NCBI RefSeq assembly: GCF_000020225.1 | Contig: NC_010655.1 | Coordinates: forward strand, 2,550,001-2,582,000 | Reading direction: 5' to 3' | From: Akkermansia muciniphila ATCC BAA-835 | GTDB lineage: Bacteria > Verrucomicrobiota > Verrucomicrobiia > Verrucomicrobiales > Akkermansiaceae | Length of the DNA: 32,000 nt | Shown: piece after piece, positions 8,514 through 16,600 of the stretch | Position numbering within the stretch: the first letter of the stretch is position 1 | Layout: the number at the start of each line of letters is the position of its first letter | The notes under the pieces: model-generated | Told to the model about the DNA's origin: nothing | Databases searched by the model: none | The model's input: the letters and a program-made list of their open reading frames with translations, nothing else | Translations under genes and position numbers: made by a program

Positions 8514-10115
8514 GTGAATTCCCCCGCATCCTTCGTCAAATCCCTGCTGGCCCAATGCTGCCTGGGCGGCATTTGCGAGTGGGTGGTCTGCCCCGGCGCG
8601 CGCAACATGGCGCTGCTCCAGGTGCTGGCTGCCGCGGAGGATCTGGTGAAATGGACTCACTTTGACGAACGGTCCGCCGCCTTCTTTGCGCTGGGCCGCA
8701 TTCAGGATATAGGGCTGCCCGTGGCCGTGGTCACTACCTCCGGAACGGCGGCGGCGGAACTGCTCCCCGCCGTGGTGGAGGCCTACTACCAGCGCCGCCC
8801 CCTGCTCCTGCTCACGGCGGACCGTCCGGCGGCCTGCCGGGGTTCCGCCGCTCCCCAGGCCATCGAACAGGCGGATCTGTTCGGCATTTACGCACCCACG
8901 ATTGACCTGGAAACGCCGGAAAGCCTGCCGGAAGACATTCTGCAAGACTGGGATTACGCCTCACCCCTCCATATCAACGTGTGCCTGCCGGATCCGGACC
9001 CTGCCTGGAACCCCGGCAGCTGCGACCTTTACCCGGCGGAACCTCCGGAGGAAAACGGATTCCGGGGCTCCCTGGCAGAACTGGCCCGGGCCCTGCGCTT
9101 CAAATCGCGCGGCGGGCTGGTGGTCATGATCGGCGGCCTGGACCCCACGGAACAAGCCCCGGCCCGGTGGCTGGCCAACGAACTGAAAGCCCCCGTGGTG
9201 GCGGACGCCACCTCCGGACTCCGGGAAGAGCTGGCCCATCTGGCTCTGACGGACGCAGACGCCCTGCTGAGGGAACACCCGCCCGCCGTCCTGCTCAGAT
9301 TAGGGGACGTGCCCGTGGCCCGCTTCTGGCGCGACCTGGAGGACATTCCAGCCACGGAAGTCTTCTCCGTCACCCGCACCGGCTTCTCCGGGCTGGCCCG
9401 CCCCTCCTCCGTCGTAACCGGAGACCTGGAAGCCATTCTGCATGCGCTGGGGGATATAGATACCGTGGGCGACGTCAACGGCCTGCGCGCCATGAACAAA
9501 CGCAGGAAAGCCCTGATGGAGGAACTGCTCATCACCTGCCCGGAAAGCGAACAGGCCATGGTGCGCTCCTTCTCCTGCTTTGCCGCGGACGGAGACTGCA
9601 TTTACCTGGGCAACTCCATGCCCGTGCGGTACTGGAACAGCTTCGCCCAGACGTCCATCCCCACGGAAAACGTCCGCGCCAACCGGGGCACCAACGGCAT
9701 TGACGGGCAAATCTCCGGTTTTCTGGGGGTCTCCGCCCGGTGTTCCCGCTCCTGGGCTCTCGTGGGCGACCTGACCGCCATGTATGATTCCAATGCCCTG
9801 GCACTCCTTCCCCAACTGGACAGGGGGACCCGCGTCCTCGGCGTCATCAACAACGGCGGAGGGGGCATCTTCCGCACCCTCCCGGGAGCAGACGGCCAGC
9901 CGGAAACCATGAGGAAGCTGCTTGTACAACCCCACGCCCATTCCTTCAAAGCCATTGCGGAACAATGGGGAATGCGCTACCTGACCATCCGCACGGCGGA
10001 GGACTTCGACCAGCTTGATTCCCTGGAGGAAAACAGCCAGACGCTTGTAGAGCTCATCCCGGACAGGGAGCAGACGGAACAGATCCGCCTCCGGCTGGCC
10101 AACGCCCAGGTGTAA
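8514..10115 (+). CDS. menD: 2-succinyl-5-enolpyruvyl-6-hydroxy-3-cyclohexene-1-carboxylate (SEPHCHC) synthase
   Basis: GTG start 5 nt after the metG stop. The 533-aa ThDP enzyme has a MenD-like N-terminus (...VCPGARNMALL...FDERSAAFFALG...TSGTAAAELLPAVVEA...PLLLLTADRP) and a C-terminal ThDP-binding GDL...NNGGGGIF motif. Confidence 0.88.
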   Translation: MNSPASFVKSLLAQCCLGGICEWVVCPGARNMALLQVLAAAEDLVKWTHFDERSAAFFALGRIQDIGLPVAVVTTSGTAAAELLPAVVEAYYQRRPLLLLTADRPAACRGSAAPQAIEQADLFGIYAPTIDLETPESLPEDILQDWDYASPLHINVCLPDPDPAWNPGSCDLYPAEPPEENGFRGSLAELARALRFKSRGGLVVMIGGLDPTEQAPARWLANELKAPVVADATSGLREELAHLALTDADALLREHPPAVLLRLGDVPVARFWRDLEDIPATEVFSVTRTGFSGLARPSSVVTGDLEAILHALGDIDTVGDVNGLRAMNKRRKALMEELLITCPESEQAMVRSFSCFAADGDCIYLGNSMPVRYWNSFAQTSIPTENVRANRGTNGIDGQISGFLGVSARCSRSWALVGDLTAMYDSNALALLPQLDRGTRVLGVINNGGGGIFRTLPGADGQPETMRKLLVQPHAHSFKAIAEQWGMRYLTIRTAEDFDQLDSLEENSQTLVELIPDREQTEQIRLRLANAQV

Positions 10116-10245
10116 ACATGCCTTCACCAAAAACGAAAGGAAGCCGGCCTTTTGCCCGGCCATATCCTGCGATTCCTTCCAAATGGATTGAAAATGCCAG
10201 ATAAAAATAACATTTCCTGCATCTAACCATAGGGAAATTTCTTTC

Positions 10246-10273
10246 TTGCCAGACGAAGGGAAGAGACTACATT
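10246..10273 (+). promoter_or_regulatory. Candidate sigma70-type promoter for the riboswitch leader
   Basis: TTGCCA (10246-10251), 16-nt spacer, TACATT (10268-10273), in an AT-rich stretch just upstream of the riboswitch. This is a pattern match only. Confidence 0.3.
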
Positions 10274-10289
10274 AACGGCGATTCATGAA

Positions 10290-10480
10290 AAATGAATCTC
10301 CATTGGGACGACGGCGGGAGCCGTCAGGAAATAGATGGGGAATCCGGTTAGAATCCGGAGCAGTTCCGCTACTGTAATTCTTCCACAGGAAGATAAGCCA
10401 GAATACCAGCCTGATGGATGCCTATGCATATGGCGGGAAACCATTTGATAGACCATGTTCACCAGAATCATATCCGCTTT
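10290..10480 (+). promoter_or_regulatory. Cobalamin (B12) riboswitch; boundaries approximate
   Basis: The + strand core GGGGAATCCGGTTAGAATCCGGAGCAGTTCCGCTACTGTAA (10337-10377) matches the conserved cobalamin-riboswitch core GGGAA..GGTGAGAATCC...GC.G..CCGC.ACTGTAA. AAGCCAGAATACCAGCC (10395-10411) matches the B12 box (AGYCMGGAGACCKGCC). An upstream GACGGC-GGGA-GCCGTC hairpin is present. The element lies in a 557-nt intergenic leader upstream of the 10673 CDS. Confidence 0.75.
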
Positions 10481-10672
10481 GGATAAGGAGCGCCCCATTC
10501 ACGGCGTCCTCTGTTATTTCCGGTTCCATGTCTCAACCGGACTTTCCTGTTTCCGGTATCCCCCTGAATGAATGGAACCTTCCCATCCGGCGGTCTCGCA
10601 ACCGCCAATGGCAAGCCTTTTTTCTGGAAACCGGTGCATGGGCTGTGCGTCAACACAAAGTCCATACGAAAC

Positions 10673-11392
10673 ATGATGAGTAAAAAACAACTGCTATTAC
10701 TGCTGCCGGCCCTGTTTGCGGCCATTTCAACCCTTCCTGCAAATGCGGCCCACATCCTTACGGGAGGAGGAACCGGAGCTGTAAATGCCAGCGGTACAGG
10801 CATCTCCATGCAACTGAACCAGGGCTTTACTTCTGATACTGCCCTGCCCGGAGCCGTGAACCTCGACTCCATACAGCTCAAGCTGACGGACAACCGGTTT
10901 ACCGCGGACTTCACATCCGGCAGCCTTACCATGGTGGTATTCACCAAACCGGCGTCGGACAGCGCGGACTGGACGGTCGTCGGGCAATCCCGCACGGAAG
11001 AAAACCTCTCCGTGAATATCGGCTCCTACACCGACGTCGAATTTACCTTCAGCAACCTCCTTCTGAACACATCGCAGGAATACGTCTTCGCCTTCGTTTC
11101 TGACGCCGCCATGCTGGGCAGGCTGACAATAGGCACGAGCCTTCAGGCGGAAGAGGGAGCTGACTCCCCATTCAGCGTAGACAACGGATTTGCCTACGCC
11201 TCCATGCAGTCAACAGCCTTTTACAGCGGGGCTCCCGTCATACTCTACTACAATACGGGCAACGAAACGAGCATGTACTTCCCGAACATGATCGTTACCG
11301 TCACCGACCCCGAAAGCGTCCCCGAACCGGCTTCATGCCTGCTTGTCACGCTGTCGTGCGCGGGCCTGCTCGTCTCACGCAGAAGAAGATAA
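10673..11392 (+). CDS. PEP-CTERM-anchored secreted protein of unknown function (riboswitch-controlled)
   Basis: Starting at ATG 10673 gives a signal peptide (MMSKKQLLLLLPALFAAISTLPANA). The C-terminus VPEPASCLLVTLSCAGLLVSRRRR is a canonical PEP-CTERM sorting signal (PEP motif, TM helix, Arg cluster). The middle part, about 190 aa, has no motif I recognise. The 10568 start is in frame but lies in the leader. Confidence 0.85.
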   Translation: MMSKKQLLLLLPALFAAISTLPANAAHILTGGGTGAVNASGTGISMQLNQGFTSDTALPGAVNLDSIQLKLTDNRFTADFTSGSLTMVVFTKPASDSADWTVVGQSRTEENLSVNIGSYTDVEFTFSNLLLNTSQEYVFAFVSDAAMLGRLTIGTSLQAEEGADSPFSVDNGFAYASMQSTAFYSGAPVILYYNTGNETSMYFPNMIVTVTDPESVPEPASCLLVTLSCAGLLVSRRRR

Positions 11393-11420
11393 CCTCGAAC
11401 CGCCAAACTACTGGAATATC

Positions 11421-11485
11421 CGGTACGGCTACGGCCTTCTGCGATTTTCCCAACTGCCTTTCGCGCGGAGGGAAAAGCCGTACCG
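11421..11485 (+). other. Composite 19-bp stem-loop (possible terminator, sRNA or REP-like element)
   Basis: The outer stem is a perfect 10 bp: cggtacggct (11421-11430) pairs with agccgtaccg (11476-11485). The inner stem is 9 bp: ccttctgcg (11435-11443) pairs with cgcggaggg (11464-11472), including 2 G-U pairs. No U-tract follows. The 9-mer ccggtacgg recurs at 11598-11606. Confidence 0.4.
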
Positions 11486-12142
11486 AGTCATTGGGCATTC
11501 CGCCCATCCCCCAACGCAGGCTCAGGGCCTTCACCTGGCAGAGCTGGCTGCCCCAACCGTCTTCCGAACCTCGACCTCCCTTGCATAGGGCTGCAAACCG
11601 GTACGGAACTTCAGCCCCCGGTGTTCCCTATCATGTGGGCACAGCGTACGTTTTCATTCACTCTCGCAGCATTCAAGCGCGGTTGAAAAAACAGGACTTC
11701 TTTCTGTCCAGAACTCCAACCCGGCATGCCAGCAGGGAAGAACCGTGGCCGGACTTATCGTAAAACAGGTATCAGAATTCCACCTTCTCCACATCCTCAT
11801 TAATTTGCAGAAAAGGATGTTCTCCGCCGGATCACGGTCGCAATCCTCCAACTTCCGGGAAACGGCCTCCTCCCACCGTTCTCCCGGCATTTTTTCTCAT
11901 CGGCAGAAAGTCCGCCGGGACTGCGGAAACAGCCCAGACGAATGATGCACAAACAACCAAAGCCGCATGCAACAGGGCAGTGCCATGAAACAGCATGTCC
12001 GCCTTAATATTCATACGGCAGGAAGCACCGGGCCGCCCTCCCCTTTTTTCCGCCTCCAGAGGCATTTGACGCAGTCTCCCCCCCTTGCCATTAAATACGT
12101 TCCTGCACGGCATGAGGTTGCCGGCCTTCCGCCGGAAACCAG

Positions 12143-13453
12143 TTAAAGATAGCTGCGCACCACGCCGGAGACGCGTTCACGAGCCGCGGCAATGCGCTTG
12201 CGCAATTCCAGCGTGTAGGCTTCCATATCCCGGATGGGGGACTGGGCCACCCCGGAAATCATGGCCGCCTGGGCTACCGCCGGGCACTCCCATTCAATAA
12301 TGCGGGGATCAATGGGCTTGGGAATCACGTAGTCGATGCCGAAGCTGAGCGGGGCTCCCCCGTAAAGGTCAATCACTTCCTGGGGGACGGGCTCCTTCGC
12401 CAGATCGGCCAGGGCGCGGGCGGCGGCAATCTTCATCTGTTCATTGATGACGGAAGCGCGCACATCCAGGGCGGCACGGAAAATAAAGGGGAAACAGGAA
12501 ACATTGTTCACCTGGTTGGGCCAGTCGGAACGGCCGGACCCCATAATGCAGTCAGGCCGCGCTTTTTTAGCATCCTGATACGTAATTTCCGGGTCCGGAT
12601 TCGCACAGGCGAAAATGATGGGGGAAGGAGCCATGAGCTTCACCATGTCCTGCGTGAGCAGTCCCTTGGTGGACAGCCCCAGGAACACGTCCGCTCCGGT
12701 AAGGGCCTCCTCCAGGGAGCAGTCTTCCGACTGGGAGAACTGCGCTTTCGTGGCATGAAGATCAATGCGTCCGGTATGAATCAGCCCCTTGGAATCAAAC
12801 ATGTAGATATGTTCGCGACGCACCCCTAACGTCATGTAGAACTTGGCGCAGGAAATGCCGGCAGCGCCGGCCCCCACGACGACAACCTTCATATCCTCCA
12901 GCTTGCGGCCCGTCAACTCCGCGGCGTTCAGCAGGGCGGCGCCGGAAATCACGGCCGTGCCATGCTGGTCGTCATGAAACACGGGAATATTCATCTCCTC
13001 CCGCAGGCGTTCTTCCACCATGAAGCATTCCGGAGCCTTGATGTCCTCCAGATTGATGGCGCCGAAAGTGGGTTCCATGGTCTTGATCGTCTCAATCAGC
13101 TTTTCCGGTTCCTTCACGTTCAGCTCAATGTCAAAAACGTCAATATCCGCGAACACCTTGAACAGAACGCCCTTGCCCTCCATCACCGGCTTGGAGGCAT
13201 CCGGACCGATATTGCCCAGTCCCAGAACGGCGGTGCCGTTGGTGATTACGCCCACCAGATTGGAGCGACCAGTGTACAGGGCGCTTTGAGAAGGATCCTC
13301 TTTAATGCGGAGGCAGGGCTCGGCCACGCCCGGGGAATAGGCAAGAGTCAGATCCCGTTGTGAAAAGCAGGGCTTGCAGGGCAGCGTTTCCACCTTGCCG
13401 GGGCGGGGCTGGGAATGGTACTGCAAGGCATCTAATCTAATATCGGAACTCAT
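12143..13453 (-). CDS. NAD(P)-dependent malic enzyme (short form, no PTA domain)
   Basis: Starting at ATG 13453 gives MSSDIRLDALQYHSQPRPGKVETLPCKPC...DLTLAYSPGVA...VITNGTAVLGLGNIGP...PVMEGKG.LFK..A.IDVFDIE...FGAINLEDIKAPECF...HDDQHGTAVISGAALLNA...VVVGAGAAG, the textbook MaeB/YtsJ-type layout. The longer listed ORF (to 14056) runs across the divergent promoter region and into the neighbouring gene, so it is rejected. Confidence 0.93.
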   Translation of the reverse strand: MSSDIRLDALQYHSQPRPGKVETLPCKPCFSQRDLTLAYSPGVAEPCLRIKEDPSQSALYTGRSNLVGVITNGTAVLGLGNIGPDASKPVMEGKGVLFKVFADIDVFDIELNVKEPEKLIETIKTMEPTFGAINLEDIKAPECFMVEERLREEMNIPVFHDDQHGTAVISGAALLNAAELTGRKLEDMKVVVVGAGAAGISCAKFYMTLGVRREHIYMFDSKGLIHTGRIDLHATKAQFSQSEDCSLEEALTGADVFLGLSTKGLLTQDMVKLMAPSPIIFACANPDPEITYQDAKKARPDCIMGSGRSDWPNQVNNVSCFPFIFRAALDVRASVINEQMKIAAARALADLAKEPVPQEVIDLYGGAPLSFGIDYVIPKPIDPRIIEWECPAVAQAAMISGVAQSPIRDMEAYTLELRKRIAAARERVSGVVRSYL

Positions 13454-13621
13454 GATTGTAATGAAAAAACAGAAAATCGAGCCTTGCTTGCACCACAGAA
13501 CAGACATGCATTCAAGTAAATAATCAATTAATTGCGTCACACGCTCCGGAAAAGGAAAACCTCTTTTTACATTGATAGAGTCCCCCGGGTATGCTAGTAG
13601 GTAGCCGATAATTAACCGCCT

Positions 13622-16600
13622 GTGACCATGGAACATACTCCACCCCTGCCTTCCGGATTTAATATCAACGGCTATCTTATTCAATCCCTGAAACAGACGG
13701 CCCCTCTCTGCCATGTTTATTACGTTTCGGATGCCAACCATGTTCCATACCTGCTCCGCGAATTCTGCCCCCAGGGGCTCGCTGTGCGCGACCCGGAAAG
13801 CGGAAAACTGCGTTATCCGGAAAACACGGATATTGAACGGGAAGTTCTTCCGCTGAAAAATGACTTCGAAGCCCAGTTCCGAACCGGTTCCCTGTGGGAA
13901 ATTTCCGCCCTGGGCACCCTGTACCTGGCTTATGCCATTCCCGGCAGCCATGCCGCAGCGGAGCCTCCTCCCGGTCCGGTCATCCCCCCGGCGGAGCCCC
14001 TCCGGAGCGATCAACGGCCGCTGTCCACTCCCGGAACCGGGGCGGCGCCCGTCCATGCGGGTTCCCTTCCCCAGCCTCGGAAAAAGAAAAACTCCGTTGG
14101 CCTATGGCTCCTTACCCTGCTCCTGCTGGGAGGCGCATGCGGAACTTATTATTACACCCAGACAACTTCGGAAAAATCCGTCTCTCTGCAGGAACCGGCC
14201 GTCCCCCAATCCGGCAGGGAAAAGAAGAAAGCTGCCAAACCGGAAAAGAAAGCCGTACTGCCCGCCGTAAAGGCGGAAACCCCTCCGGAACAGAAAAACG
14301 CCGTGCCCGCCTCCCCGTCCGGAGACGTGGAACAGCCGAAAAAAACACCGCCGCCTATTTCCTCCGGAGAAAGGAACGGAAACGCCCCGGACATTTTAAA
14401 GAATGAATCCGCCGCCTCCCCTGCTCAGACTGCCGGAGAATCCGATGTCCCGGCCCATGACGCTGCAGACGGAAAACAGCCGGAACCGGAAAATTCCGCC
14501 AACCGGAAGGAAGCACAGGCGGCACAATCTGCCGTCACCCCTGTTCTTGAAACGCGTCTACGGGGAAAAGCCTCCAGGCAAACCACCAATATGGGAGACG
14601 TCAACTCCTATGTGAGGAAATTCGCCAAGCCCATGACGCTGAACCAGTGGAAAAAGCAATACGCCAACCTGTACACAAGCTGGTTCGGCAATTCCGAGGA
14701 AGTAGCCAAAGGCTGGATCACCACCTTCGGCCCCCTGGGATTCCGAGCCCGCGGTTTGGACGCCTCCTGGCCGGACACGAACTTCCGCGGCTTCTTCCCC
14801 AAGACCATGCTGGATCCCAACGGGGAACCCGTGGCGAACCTCTACACGGTCACCCAGGTGATTGAGGGTTCCCCCGCTGAAAAATACATCAAGGAAGGAG
14901 ATCTGATCCTGGGCATTGACGGACACCCCTTCAAAACGTCTCAAAGCCTGGACGTGCTTTACGGCCCTTATCAGCACCAAAACAGGCGCGGCCTGGACAT
15001 GCACGCGGGCCTACTGGTGGACAAGGCGGAAGGAGCCGGAAAAATAACCCTGAATATTATTCCCGCGGAAAGCGTGGAAAAAATCCAGGGCATCCAGCCT
15101 CTCTGGAAAGAAGTTTTACGGGAGGAACGGGCCCAAAAGCCCGTCTCCCTTTCCATTCCGGTAAAGGGCGGCCAGCAGGTGCGCCTGCGCGTGGATGACG
15201 GCGGCAACGGCATTGGCAGCGACGGTTTTGAATGGTCTGGCCTGAGGCTGGAAGGTCCCGGCGGAACCGTTCCGCTGACCCGGGCCCTGCAATACACCGT
15301 AGGTTACGGGGAGGCCAAGTATGACCCCAAAAGCAGCGTATGGCAGGCCCACGCCGTCTCTTCCCTGGTTTTTGACATCCCCAGGGGAGACTGGGAACTC
15401 AAAGGGACAGGAACCCCCAGGTGGTCTGCCTCCGTTGGCGTGACCGTACAGGTGGGAGGCTCCTCCACTCTGCCGGACGCCGTGAAGAAATACGTAAAAA
15501 ATGTCACCTTTAAAATACCCCAGCTGGGCTCCTATGCCCTCGGCTTCCCCAAAAACTGCGCCAAGAGCAAGGCGGTTGTCCACATGATGAGTGAATGGCT
15601 GGCGGCCCAGCAGCGCGAGGACGGTTCCTGGGAACGTCCGGGCGGCTACTGCGGCAACCATTATGATACGGGCTGGGCCGGGCTGGCCCTGATGGCCACG
15701 GGCAACCCTAAATATGACCCCGTCATTAAAAAGGCGGCGCACTACATCGCCTTCTCCGGCTCCCAGTGCTGGTGGGCCGTCCCCCAGGCATCCGCAGGTA
15801 TTTTTCTGTGTGAATACTGGCTGCGCTACCGGGACAACTCCGTTCTCCCAGCCATCCGCAACGGCGTGCAGCGCATGAAAAACGAAGTCCTTTACGGGGA
15901 CTTCGTCACCGGCCACGGCATTCACCCGGGCTACCGGGGAACAGGCGTCAGCATTGGCGGCTCCCACATGTGCCTGTTCCTGGCGCTGGCCAGCAAAACC
16001 CCGGCGCGCACGGAAGACGATGTGCTGGACAAAATGATGGATCATGCCCAGTCCATCTGCCCCACCGGCATGGGGCCCTACGGCCGCATGACGGAAACCT
16101 TCACCTTTGAACCCAACCGCGAATGCGGGGGAACCTACTCCGGCCGCCATGGCCCGTACTACATTGCTTCCCTCATCTGCGGCGGCCCGGAACTGTACAC
16201 CAAAAACAGCCGCATCATGTACGGTGAAGGCCCCATCGGCGGCTGTGACCAGGGCCACTCCTCCGAGACGCTCTCCATCATGTGGGCCCTTCCCGCCTAC
16301 TGGCGAACCAATCCGGAAGTATATTACAAAAACATGGAGGCTTTTCGATGGAAACTGACGCTGTTGCGCCCCTTTGACGGCGGCATGATGCAGAACCCCA
16401 ACCGCCTGGAACTGATGACGGCGGATCCCGTCATCGGCACCTACATCCGCACCAGCATCTGGATCACGGCCCTCTGCGCGGAACGCCGGAACCTGGCAAT
16501 CACGGGCAAGCCGGAATTTCAGGCAAAGACATTCCGGAAGGTGCCCCCTATCATCGATACGGAATCCCGCTTCCTGAATACCTACGTGCGCAACTGGTCC

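Noticed and set aside
6625-8529. 634-aa minus-strand ORF
   Set aside because: It is antisense to metG, whose HIGH and KMSKS motifs identify the sense frame unambiguously. The ORF has the same low-complexity GC-artefact composition.
8283-10163. Minus-strand ORFs 8283-8945 and 9300-10163, and + strand alternate-frame ORF 8981-9703
   Set aside because: They overlap metG and menD in antisense or shifted frames. They are Arg/Pro/Gly-rich with no motifs.
11335-12113. ORFs 11335-11763 (+, 142 aa), 11654-11890 (-, 78 aa), 11745-11945 (+, 66 aa) and 11832-12113 (-, 93 aa) in the gene-free tract
   Set aside because: They have no recognisable motif, signal peptide or sensible composition, and they overlap one another. 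The tract is treated as non-coding or degraded and is reported as a finding instead.
13454-14056. Upstream extension of the malic-enzyme ORF (listed start 14056)
   Set aside because: The malic enzyme homology begins at MSSDIRLDALQYH (ATG 13453). The extension would run through the divergent intergenic region and overlap the start of the 13622 gene.
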